Virus genome (UHGV): UHGV-0021788
From: a virus
Strand: one strand, 5' to 3'
Length of the DNA: 64,000 nt
Made by a program: the position numbers and the translations under genes. Under the pieces are notes generated by a model. The model worked only from the letters and a program-made list of their open reading frames with translations. It was not told where the DNA came from and did not search any database. Shown in pieces: positions 37,075 to 46,242 of this stretch. Every line of letters starts with the position of its first letter. Position 1 is the first letter of the stretch.

Positions 37075-38279
37075 TTTCTTATTTCATTATATTTTTTATA
37101 TGCACCACTATGAGATTTAAGTATATTATATTTTCTTCCTAAATATTTCATTCTAACAAATTCTCTAATGTCACTATCTAAACAATTAATATATTTATGT
37201 AATTCTTTATCGGTTTGAAGCTTACCTTTATTTCTTAATAATTCTATATTTATTCTATTTTTTGTTATTTTCATATTCATTCCAACTATAAATTTTTCTA
37301 TGGTATCTATTGTGTTTTTATTTGTTTCTTTTAGTGAGGACGACATATTAGCATATAAATCATCTATTGTGTCATCTGCATATGCTTTTATTATTGTGTT
37401 AGCAGAACTTAATTTATCATTTAGTCTATGTAATTGTAGATAGTCTTCACATTTAAGTTTTATTTTATGACCGTCTATATTTAATACAAACCCTTCTCCA
37501 TCGTTTATTGTCATTTTATTTAAACGTTCCAAGACTTCTTCTAATGTATCACATTGATAAATCTTACAACAAGGAACATTAAATTTTATTGATGTTTTTT
37601 TAATGTATTTATAATCATATTCTTTACCATCTAAAACGCTTCTCATACCTATAAGATATAGACCTTTTTCTTTAGAATAGTCATAAGGAATAACATGCTT
37701 ATCTTTTTCTGATATATATTCAAATACAAATGTTATCATTGGACAACTTTTTATCATCTGTTTATGATTATCTGTTAACATTTCAAATCCTTCTTTTAAT
37801 CTAAATGAATTATTTATATCTAAAGATATACTTCCACTACCAACTATTTTTCCGTTATAATACCTATATGATTGCATACTACCATCTAATTTTTCAGATA
37901 CTTCAAACATATCGCAGTTGTTTATTTCTTCTTCTATAATATCTTTCATATTTTCTTTTACTTCATTCATATTAAAAAATTTTCTAAATGGTGTTAATAC
38001 CATTTCTTCATTTTTTATATCAAAAACCAAACTTCTTGCTTCTCTTAGTGGAGAATTTTCATCTTCCCACATATTTCTTCCCATTTCATGTAATTTATAT
38101 CTAATTAATACCAAGTCGTCTTTTTGATTAATTTGTACTTCATCAAATATTTCATTATATGGAATCCCTTCTTCTTTCATTGTATCAATCATACCATTGA
38201 AAATTATATAATCTCCAAAATATTTAATATAATCATGTTTTAACTTAATACATTCATCAAACATTTTATTCCAACTCAT
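37044..38279 (-). CDS. ATP-dependent RNA ligase (Rnl1-like).
   Basis: Nucleotidyltransferase motif I EKLDGSM. Motif IV/V EGFVLNIDGHKIKLK. Confidence 0.65.
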   Translation of the reverse strand: MSWNKMFDECIKLKHDYIKYFGDYIIFNGMIDTMKEEGIPYNEIFDEVQINQKDDLVLIRYKLHEMGRNMWEDENSPLREARSLVFDIKNEEMVLTPFRKFFNMNEVKENMKDIIEEEINNCDMFEVSEKLDGSMQSYRYYNGKIVGSGSISLDINNSFRLKEGFEMLTDNHKQMIKSCPMITFVFEYISEKDKHVIPYDYSKEKGLYLIGMRSVLDGKEYDYKYIKKTSIKFNVPCCKIYQCDTLEEVLERLNKMTINDGEGFVLNIDGHKIKLKCEDYLQLHRLNDKLSSANTIIKAYADDTIDDLYANMSSSLKETNKNTIDTIEKFIVGMNMKITKNRINIELLRNKGKLQTDKELHKYINCLDSDIREFVRMKYLGRKYNILKSHSGAYKKYNEIRKWVEENCKEF

Positions 38280-38323
38280 ATCATCATCTCCTTAAAAATA
38301 ATAGTTTGTGTATCTTTACTTAT

Positions 38324-38352
38324 ATTATACACAAACTATTATCAAAAGTCAA
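38324..38352 (-). promoter_or_regulatory. Family promoter upstream of the RNA ligase / kinase-HD operon.
   Basis: The rc reads TTGACTTTTGATAATAGTTTGTGTATAATATAAGTAAAG. Confidence 0.75.
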
Positions 38353-38368
38353 TTATTTTTTATTATTT

Positions 38369-39307
38369 TTATTCAGTATCTTCATCATATTTACTTAATA
38401 CTTCACCTAATGTTTTAGATAATTCATCTTTATCTTCTTCTTCATCCTCAGTATCTTCTTCTTCATCTTCTTTGTGGCAATCACAATTTCCGTCACATTC
38501 ACAATTTCCACCACATTTACATTCTTTCTTATCTTCCATTTCTTCATCTCCCTCCTCATCTTCATCTTCATCATTTAATCCTAAAATTTCAGATAAACCT
38601 GTATGTAATAAAGTTATCGCCAATTCTCCTTCTTCCATATCCATTAATTGAGCAAAGGTTTGAACTGCTAAAGCAGTTGCTTGATTAAATCTTTCATCTA
38701 ATTCATCCCAATCAGGTTCACAACCTTCATATCCATAATTTACTATTCCTAACTCTATTGCTTCCTCATAGCCATAGTATATACATTTTAATCTACTTGC
38801 TTCAATTTGTTCTTCAGGTATATTTGTTTGTTCTCTTATCATTTTATCATATAAATCATCCATATAATCACTATGGTCTAAATCACTTCTAACTTCTTCT
38901 CTATATCCCATATAATGAGAACGACTACTATGATTCATGCCAGCAAATAATTTATCTGCTGTCCTTTTATTAAATGCTATATATATTATGAACGCCATAG
39001 ACATACAAGTTATTCCATTTGCTATTAAAGGTATTTCTAATTCTTGCATCTCTTTTATTCTTGATATAATTAAGTTACCATCATATATATTTCCTCCAGG
39101 AGAGTTTATAGTAACTGTTATCGTAGGAAATTTTTGTTGCATAATTTCTTTTATATAAGAAGTTTCAGTTTTATATGATGTAAATTCATCTATTATATCT
39201 TGTGTTTCTTCAATAAACTTATTAGATACATTATCATCAATTATTCCAGTTATAAATAATTCAGTTCTTAATTTATTTTTTTTATCTACCATATTTTTAT
39301 TCTTCAC
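38369..39307 (-). CDS. ClpP-family (S14) serine peptidase with a poly-acidic, Cys-rich (metallothionein-like) C-terminal tail.
   Basis: INSPGGNIYDG and GITCMSMA (ClpP Ser motif). Tail ..DEDEEGDEEMEDKKECKCGGNCECDGNCDCHKEDEEED.. Confidence 0.55.
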   Translation of the reverse strand: MKNKNMVDKKNKLRTELFITGIIDDNVSNKFIEETQDIIDEFTSYKTETSYIKEIMQQKFPTITVTINSPGGNIYDGNLIISRIKEMQELEIPLIANGITCMSMAFIIYIAFNKRTADKLFAGMNHSSRSHYMGYREEVRSDLDHSDYMDDLYDKMIREQTNIPEEQIEASRLKCIYYGYEEAIELGIVNYGYEGCEPDWDELDERFNQATALAVQTFAQLMDMEEGELAITLLHTGLSEILGLNDEDEDEEGDEEMEDKKECKCGGNCECDGNCDCHKEDEEEDTEDEEEDKDELSKTLGEVLSKYDEDTE

Positions 39308-39320
39308 TTTGTTATCAAAG

Positions 39321-40040
39321 TTACTCTCCTTGTTTTATTCTATATACTTTATTATGATTCCATACTAAAAACTTCCATTTTAACTTAACTCCATTAGGTA
39401 GTTTTCCAGCAGTTTTAATATTTATTTTTTTACCATTTGCCATACGATAACCATAACAACATCTAGTTATTCCAGATTGATGACAATTATAATATTGAGA
39501 AGCTTCTGATAATGATGTAAAAATTCTTTTTGTTGTTAAACATATAACGCTTTTAGCTTCTGGATGATTACCAAATGAAACATCAGCATGATTTTTACTC
39601 ATTTTTATTCTGGACTCTTCACTCATTTTAACTCCAAACATATGATTATCTTCTCCACAATATTTACCTTTTTTATTTTTACTCATTTTTTTCTTACTTT
39701 CTTCTTTATGATGATATCCACTTACTCCTTCTCCTCCCCAACTACAATTAACTAAATGATAATTTTTACCATCACAACTTCCATTATTAATTATATCAAT
39801 AGAATAACCTTCATTAAACACTAGATTATATATTGTTTCTTCTTCCAATTGAAACGCTTCTTTTTCTGTTAGGTTATCATATAATATTTCAACAACACAT
39901 TCTGTTTTATTTAATATATTTGTAAAATGATTGCTTCTATCTTGTAAAACAAATCGTCTTCTGTCTTTTCCTTTGCCTATATAAAAATAAGTATTTGTAT
40001 CTAATCTTATATATCCATATACATAGTATTTATTATTCAT
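39321..40040 (-). CDS. GIY-YIG homing endonuclease paralog. Start ATG 40040; listed GTG 40049.
   Basis: MNNKYYVYGYIRLDTNTYFYIGKGKDRR GIY-YIG motif. NUMOD3-like repeats. C-terminal module shared with 41528. Confidence 0.7.
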   Translation of the reverse strand: MNNKYYVYGYIRLDTNTYFYIGKGKDRRRFVLQDRSNHFTNILNKTECVVEILYDNLTEKEAFQLEEETIYNLVFNEGYSIDIINNGSCDGKNYHLVNCSWGGEGVSGYHHKEESKKKMSKNKKGKYCGEDNHMFGVKMSEESRIKMSKNHADVSFGNHPEAKSVICLTTKRIFTSLSEASQYYNCHQSGITRCCYGYRMANGKKINIKTAGKLPNGVKLKWKFLVWNHNKVYRIKQGE

Positions 40041-40206
40041 TTTTATCACCTATGTATTCCAAATATTGTTCATGAGTATAATATCTTCTATTAGTTGGAG
40101 TTCTATATGCTACTAATAATCCTTTTTTATCCCATCTTTGTAATGTTTTTACAGATACTCCTAATAATTTTGCAAATTCTTTTGGTTTATATATCTTACC
40201 TTCCAT
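40033..40206 (-). CDS. Small MerR/excisionase-type HTH protein (57 aa). Its stop overlaps the GIY-YIG start.
   Basis: KEFAKLLGVSVKTLQRWDKKGLLVAYRTPTNRRYYT. RBS GAGGTGA. Confidence 0.55.
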   Translation of the reverse strand: MEGKIYKPKEFAKLLGVSVKTLQRWDKKGLLVAYRTPTNRRYYTHEQYLEYIGDKNE

Positions 40207-40284
40207 TTTATCACCTCACTATCTAGGTAAGACTATATTTGTATACTTTTGTCTATATTTATTTATGTTTATTATTTTAATTAT

Positions 40285-40313
40285 ATTATACTAAAAAATT
40301 TATTAAAAGTAAA
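40285..40313 (-). promoter_or_regulatory. Family promoter (TTTACT/TATAAT).
   Basis: The rc reads TTTACTTTTAATAAATTTTTTAGTATAATATAATTAA. Confidence 0.6.
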
Positions 40314-40316
40314 TAG

Positions 40317-40880
40317 TTATTTCAAAATTTCTGTTTCTAAAGTTATAGGATTAATGTTTATAATTTCTACAATGTTTTCTTGTTGTAAAGCATATCTAAT
40401 AGTATACCATGTCCCACCATGTTTTTCATGATTCCAACATGAAATAAGAACATTAGAATTGTCTATCATTAATTCATTTCTTTTTATTAATTTTGCAATA
40501 TGATATTCTCCTTCTATTGTATCTTTAACTTTATATTGTTCTACACTATCAACATAAATAACCTCATCACATTTCGACTTCATAATATTATAAACTTCAA
40601 TATCATTCTTTTTCCATTTTTTATATTGTTTTTCAAAAGGTATACAACCTATTATATTAGTTCCTTGTCTACTAAACCATAGCTCCTCAAAAGCTATTGT
40701 ATCAAATCCTAATGCTAAACCATTATAAGCATTAATTATTTCGCCATATTTATTTTCGATATAAGAGAAAATTTCTTGTAGTTTATCTCTCAATGGGTCG
40801 TATTTTTTACTGTAAATATTATCACCATATAACCCTTTTGGTCTATGACCAGTGAAAGATATATTAACCATATATTTCAC
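40317..40880 (-). CDS. YpsA-like SLOG-family (DUF1273) protein.
   Basis: ISFTGHRPKGL..., NGLALGFDTIAFEELW and WNHEKHGGTWYTIRYA resemble B. subtilis YpsA motifs (ITGYKPHELGIF / G..G.E.WAAE / EKPGSPKY), recalled from memory. Confidence 0.4.
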   Translation of the reverse strand: MKYMVNISFTGHRPKGLYGDNIYSKKYDPLRDKLQEIFSYIENKYGEIINAYNGLALGFDTIAFEELWFSRQGTNIIGCIPFEKQYKKWKKNDIEVYNIMKSKCDEVIYVDSVEQYKVKDTIEGEYHIAKLIKRNELMIDNSNVLISCWNHEKHGGTWYTIRYALQQENIVEIININPITLETEILK

Positions 40881-41559
40881 CTACTTTTATTCTTTTTTTA
40901 TTATCTAAAATTAAACATCCTTTATCTGTTATTGCATAATTTAAAGTTTGCTTAAAAGAGCAATCTAAAAATCTATTAAATTCTCTAAATAATTCTTCAT
41001 GATTTTCTTCATTGTAATGGACGAATAAGTTAACTATATCTATTAACCCTATTCCTTCATATTTCATTGGTATTGCATTTGTCATTACTACATAATATTC
41101 TAATAAGCATAATGCCCCAGCTGACTCCCCTATTAAAATTTTGTTATCCAATTGTTTTATTGTATCTAATAATTTATATTTCTTTAACATCATCATTAGC
41201 ATATCCATAGAACCACCAGTAAAATATATTACATCTGACGTATTTATTAGCCATTTAATAAGGTTTAAATTGTCCAAAGGAGTAATTACATTAAAATCTT
41301 TAATCCCATACTCTCTAAAGTGTTTATTATGTTTATTATAGAATTTACCATTATATTGTAAATCAGTTTGATTTTTAAATAAATATTCTAAATCACAAGC
41401 AAATGGAATACATACTACTCTTGAATTAGGTTTTATATATTCCTTAACTTTATTATAACATTGTTTATCTTCTAAGTAATCAGCATTAGATAATAATATA
41501 TATTTATTCATATCAACCACCACCCTTTTAATATATTTGTCTGAAGAATTGTAAATCAT
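40864..41559 (-). CDS. Peptidase S51 (dipeptidase E/cyanophycinase-like) family protein.
   Basis: FTGGSMDMLM ... ILIGESAGALCL (the GGN..L / G.SAG signature). Confidence 0.5.
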   Translation of the reverse strand: MIYNSSDKYIKRVVVDMNKYILLSNADYLEDKQCYNKVKEYIKPNSRVVCIPFACDLEYLFKNQTDLQYNGKFYNKHNKHFREYGIKDFNVITPLDNLNLIKWLINTSDVIYFTGGSMDMLMMMLKKYKLLDTIKQLDNKILIGESAGALCLLEYYVVMTNAIPMKYEGIGLIDIVNLFVHYNEENHEELFREFNRFLDCSFKQTLNYAITDKGCLILDNKKRIKVGEIYG

Positions 41560-42979
41560 TATTTTTTATTTTATAAATTTTATTATGTCTCCAATTTATA
41601 TATTTCCATATTAATTTAGTTCCATCTTCTAATTTTCCAGCTGATTTACTTCTGCCTTTACAACAAGATGTTACACCACTTGGACTTTTAATATTATAGA
41701 AATTACAAGCATCAGTTATTGTATAAAATAATTTACCAGTGGTAATACATATAACTCCTCTTGAACAATAATTATCTTTTCCTTTTTTCTTTAAATTTCC
41801 AATTCTTTTACTTTCTTCTTTTGTATAATCGCATTTATTACATTTCACTCCTTGTTTCAAATAGCTTCTAACCGTAGACCTATTTAAATCAAGTATATTA
41901 CTTATTTTATTAATATCATGTTCTCCATTGTTCCATAATTCCCATGTTTTAACACACAAACTATTCTGAGTTTTTTTCCATGCTAATTCCCAATTAATAT
42001 CAGACAAATTAAATAAATTTGATAATTTCTTAGTTACATTTTCTTTTAACCATTCTAAAGTTGAATATCTACAATCTATTACTATATAATTATCTACATG
42101 AACTTTAGCACATTTATATTTAAATAAATCATTCATTTGTTCTTGGAATAAATTTCTTTTAGTTAAACTGCATTCTTCATAATGTTGTATCCCATTTATT
42201 TCTATTATCATATTATATTTTTTAATATAAAAATCATATTTGAAATATCCACACCATTTAAAATCTGATTTATTTAATTGTGTTTGAAAATCTACGTTAA
42301 GTTGTTTTAATATGTTTATCATAAATTTTTCAGGAATTGAAATGCCATCTGAACAAAAATTACAAGAATATCCTCTATTAACAATAAATTGTAAAACTAT
42401 TTTATTTTCACTTACTAAATTACAATCCAAACACTTAAAATAATATTTTTTATGACTAAAAGGTGCTATACTATAGCAATCTTCAAAGGTTAAATCATTT
42501 TCTTTTATAGCAATCATTCTGGCTATTTGAGGATATTTATATGCTAAACTATCTCTCCAATGAGTTCTATTAGTACTGCAATACCCACATTTACTTCCAT
42601 TATAAAAATTATTACACTTCATTTTATATCCTATTTTATTTCCTTCTCTATCATAATTATGATAATCGTGTTCTTGACAATATAACCATATAATAGTTCT
42701 GCTACTTTTAGATGTTTCATAGGGATTAATGCCTAATTCATTATTTTTCTCCCAATTCCAAATATCATCTAAATTTAATCCTAGTTTATTTTCTATATAG
42801 TAACCAATACTATTTTTTAACGGGTGTTTAATATCTCCGTTTTTAAAATTTTTATAATGCTTTTTATAAGCTATAGTACCATCTTCAAATTGTATATCTA
42901 TATCTTCATATTTTCTATAATTTATTACAGTCATTTTTTCGCCTTGTTTATTGTATTTTATTTCTCCTTCTCTATTCAT
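41528..42979 (-). CDS. Family B homing-endonuclease-like protein. Its C-terminal ~70-aa DNA-binding module is shared with the GIY-YIG gene 39321.
   Basis: YDFYIKKYNMIIEINGIQHYE core. C-terminus VICITTGKLF...GVTSCCKG...GKLEDGTKLIWKYINWRHNKIYKIK. Confidence 0.5.
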   Translation of the reverse strand: MNREGEIKYNKQGEKMTVINYRKYEDIDIQFEDGTIAYKKHYKNFKNGDIKHPLKNSIGYYIENKLGLNLDDIWNWEKNNELGINPYETSKSSRTIIWLYCQEHDYHNYDREGNKIGYKMKCNNFYNGSKCGYCSTNRTHWRDSLAYKYPQIARMIAIKENDLTFEDCYSIAPFSHKKYYFKCLDCNLVSENKIVLQFIVNRGYSCNFCSDGISIPEKFMINILKQLNVDFQTQLNKSDFKWCGYFKYDFYIKKYNMIIEINGIQHYEECSLTKRNLFQEQMNDLFKYKCAKVHVDNYIVIDCRYSTLEWLKENVTKKLSNLFNLSDINWELAWKKTQNSLCVKTWELWNNGEHDINKISNILDLNRSTVRSYLKQGVKCNKCDYTKEESKRIGNLKKKGKDNYCSRGVICITTGKLFYTITDACNFYNIKSPSGVTSCCKGRSKSAGKLEDGTKLIWKYINWRHNKIYKIKNNDLQFFRQIY

Positions 42980-43112
42980 TTATATCATCTTCTTTATGTA
43001 ATAATTCAAAATACTTTAAATCACATAAATATAATATCATTTCTGTTCTATTCATATCTAATTTATCACATATATATTCAATTCTATCATTTTCTATTTT
43101 ATTAACTTTCAT
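42972..43112 (-). CDS. Small ORF (46 aa). Its stop overlaps the start of HEG 41528.
   Basis: RBS AAAGGAGAG. Ends ..DDINE then TAG inside ATGAATAG. Confidence 0.35.
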   Translation of the reverse strand: MKVNKIENDRIEYICDKLDMNRTEMILYLCDLKYFELLHKEDDINE

Positions 43113-43162
43113 TGTTATAAGTTTATCTTTTTTCAAACTAATCTCTCCTTTAAAGTAAAATA

Positions 43163-43200
43163 AGGTATATACAAATATATAACATATCTGTATATACCTT
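43163..43200 (-). terminator. Hairpin terminator downstream of the MBL gene.
   Basis: 11-bp stem AAGGTATATAC/GTATATACCTT. Confidence 0.5.
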
Positions 43201-43214
43201 TAATAAGACTTACT

Positions 43215-45121
43215 TTATATAAAAAATATACTATTATCTTTATCAGCACAAATTATTTTAGTAGTTTTATTTGATTTTCTAAGTTCTTCTTCCATCTTAT
43301 CTCTAAATTTATATTTACTATCATCACTATGATGTATAACAATTAAATTAGTATTAATACCTTTCATCATTTTGATTATTTCTTCTCCTTGTATATGAGA
43401 AGACCATGTATTATATCTTATAACTTTAGCTTTCTTTTTAAATGACATATTTTCAATTTTAACTTCTTTAGTATTATCTTTTAATAATAATCCTCCTACT
43501 GTCGTTGGAGCACAATAGCCAATTATCATTATAGTATAATTACTATCTTCTATATTTGCTTTTAAATGATTCAATATTCTACCTATATTACACATACCAG
43601 CAGATGATATTACAATTTTTTGTTGTTCTTTATTAAGTGCTAAATTCATAGATGATTCAAAATCTTTTACAAAATGAAGTTTTTCCCATGATAATATTTT
43701 TTCAAACATATCTTTATCTTCTTTGTTTAATATTTGTTTATAAACATCATTGATTTCCAAAGAAAGTTTACCATCTAAGAATATAGGAGTTTTAAAATTT
43801 GGGTCATTAGAAAAAGTATTATATAAGTAATATAATAAATCTTGAGTTCTAGCTTGAGCAAAAGCTGGTATTAAAATTGAATGACCTTGTTTTAATTCGT
43901 TGATTATATCATCTTTCATTTTCTTTCTTTCTTTTTCGATATCTTTTGCATTAAATCCTCTTGATAAATCTGAATAAGTTGCTTCTGTTATTACTAAATT
44001 AGCATTTGATATAGTTTTAGTTTTTTTACGGAATGGTTGTTGATTATTGAAACTACCTGTATCTCCACTATAATATATTTTTTTTGTAACTCCACTTGGC
44101 ATTTTAAAGAATAATTCTATTGAAGTTGCTCCTACTATATGGTTATTTGGCAAAAGTCTAAAGCTAACATATTCATTTAACTCATGTATAACATCTTCTT
44201 CATAAGTAGAAGTTTTTGATAACATTCTATATACATCGCTTTCAGTATAAAGAGGTTCTACCTTATATCCTTGATTACTCATTTGTCTACAATTTCTTTG
44301 TAATATATAAGCACCATCTATCAATAAAGGTTCAGATAATTCTTTATTCTCATAACCCATAATAAATTTATCTACATTATCTACTATAGCTGGTAGATTT
44401 CCTATATGGTCTAGTGATTTCAAAGATGTGAATGAGATACAAAACAAGCTTTTATTTGACCACATTCACAAACTTTTTCAACCACCCCCTTATTAACTAC
44501 ATATTCTTCTCTTAAAGCACCATTCATTTGAACCATACCACATTCAATAAGAACTTTTTCATAGTCTCCTTCTTTTGTTGGATATGATAAGAGTATAGAA
44601 GTTCCAACAACTCCATTATGGCTTTCGCCTACGAATTCAACTATTACTTTATTTTTATTTTTCTTACTTATAATATATGGATTCTTTTTCTTCTTTTTCT
44701 TTTTCTTGATTACATTGAGATTTTCTTTTCTGCAATCCAAAAAATCACCATTTATAAATTCTATTTTATTATCATTTCCTAGTATATAATTTTGTAAAGT
44801 TGTATTTTTGCCTAACACATCTCCAATAATACAAGAATGTTTTTTATTCCATCTTACATTTTTACATGTTTTTACATCATCTAAATCTATTAATACTCTT
44901 TCTTCAAGTTCTTCTTGAAATAAAGTATCATATAATACAATTTCAGCATAATCTTTATGTATTATTATTTCATTATTGTCAAATTCTGTTACAGGACTAT
45001 CTGATATACAAAAACCATATTTCCTATATTCATCCCAATGTTTTTTACAAAGTCCATTTTTATTTTTTTTGCTTAATAATTTTCCACATTGGCTACAGTG
45101 TTTTTTATTATCTTTATCCAT
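43215..45121 (-). pseudogene. Metallo-beta-lactamase / beta-CASP nuclease (RNase J/Artemis-like) with an N-terminal zinc finger. It is split into two ORFs (44420..45121 and 43215..44465) by a frameshift exactly at the HxHxDH motif.
   Basis: ORF1 ends ..ACFVSHSHL*. ORF2 starts in another frame with ..SLDHIGNLP. Downstream beta-CASP motifs ITEATY and IVIHHSD. Confidence 0.55.
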
Positions 45122-45276
45122 TTATTTCCCTCCATCCATACCCTGATACAAATATTTTTATATTTTTAATAACAATGTTTTATGGTTAATAATAAATCTA
45201 TTCTTCATATTCAACACCTCTTTACCTTTACATATATTAAATAAGTCAAATTCTTTATAATTATCTATTTACTTAT

Positions 45277-45305
45277 ATTATACTATCAGTCTTATTAAAA
45301 GTCAA
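45277..45305 (-). promoter_or_regulatory. Family promoter, directly abutted upstream by a terminator hairpin (45305-45328).
   Basis: The rc reads TTGACTTTTAATAAGACTGATAGTATAATATAAGTAAATA. Confidence 0.75.
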
Positions 45306-45328
45306 GGAGTGAATTTCACTTCACTCCT
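45305..45328 (-). terminator. Hairpin (AGGAGTGAA/TTCACTCCT) ending the 45352 transcription unit.
   Basis: 9-bp stem. Fused to the next promoter's -35. Confidence 0.55.
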
Positions 45329-45351
45329 AATAAAATTAAAATTTTATTCAA

Positions 45352-45552
45352 TTACTCCTTTGCAAACTCACCTAATTTTTCACCACACATAGGACAATAA
45401 TTTAATTTTATCCCATATATACTTTCTTTATGTCCTCCAACTCTATTTTCTTCTAAATAGTTACAACTATTAATTTTTATTGCATAATCACTATTATTTT
45501 TATACATTAATGGTTCTTTATCTTTATATTTACCTTCGCAATATTTACACAT
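45352..45552 (-). CDS. Small zinc-ribbon protein.
   Basis: CKYCEGKY...CPMCGEKL. Confidence 0.45.
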   Translation of the reverse strand: MCKYCEGKYKDKEPLMYKNNSDYAIKINSCNYLEENRVGGHKESIYGIKLNYCPMCGEKLGEFAKE

Positions 45553-45564
45553 ATTAATCCTCCT

Positions 45565-45756
45565 TTACTTATATTCTACCAAATACTCTTTTATATCATC
45601 TATAAAATAACAATCTTCACTTATTATAATTGGAAATCCTACGAATAAAATTTGCATAATATTTTTCAAATCATCAAAATCTTTTACTTTATCAAAATCA
45701 ACTATATATCGCTTTGGCATTTCAGTAGTTGTAAAATCTTCTTTCTTTATTTCCAT
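45565..45756 (-). CDS. Hypothetical small protein.
   Basis: ORF 63 aa with RBS. Confidence 0.35.
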   Translation of the reverse strand: MEIKKEDFTTTEMPKRYIVDFDKVKDFDDLKNIMQILFVGFPIIISEDCYFIDDIKEYLVEYK

Positions 45757-45788
45757 ATTATCATCTCCTTTTATTATCTATTTACTTA

Positions 45789-45817
45789 TATTATACTACT
45801 ACTCTTATTAAAAGTCA
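45789..45817 (-). promoter_or_regulatory. Family promoter with an abutting terminator hairpin (45817-45840).
   Basis: The rc reads TTGACTTTTAATAAGAGTAGTAGTATAATATAAGTAAATA. Confidence 0.75.
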
Positions 45818-45828
45818 AGGAGTAGAAA

Positions 45829-46236
45829 TTAATCTACTCCTAATTCTGTAATGTTTGTGTTAAAATTTTCATTTAAATATTCACGCAAAATATGTCTATG
45901 GCAAAAATCAGTAGACTTTTCATAACACAATAATACAATTTCCGTATCTGTAATTCCTTCATAATCATACATATCTTCGAGTATTCGTTCTAAATCTAAT
46001 TCTTTTAATTTATCAATATATGCATTTATAAAACCTTCTTGTGATATGTTGTTATTTTTTAGTTTAAAAACATTGTCACCAGATGGTGCTAATGGTTTAT
46101 ATTCCATATAGTATTCTTCCCTATCTAAGAACCATTTAGGTAGACTGGTTGAAATTAATATTGGCATATATCTATCCTTTTCTTCTTTTGATAACCTAGA
46201 AAAACGAGCATAATAACTTGTTTTCATCACAATCAC
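45829..46236 (-). CDS. DUF488-like protein (function unknown).
   Basis: PLAPSGDN...LLCYEKSTDFCHRHIL pattern. Confidence 0.4.
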   Translation of the reverse strand: MIVMKTSYYARFSRLSKEEKDRYMPILISTSLPKWFLDREEYYMEYKPLAPSGDNVFKLKNNNISQEGFINAYIDKLKELDLERILEDMYDYEGITDTEIVLLCYEKSTDFCHRHILREYLNENFNTNITELGVD

Positions 46237-46242
46237 TCCTTT

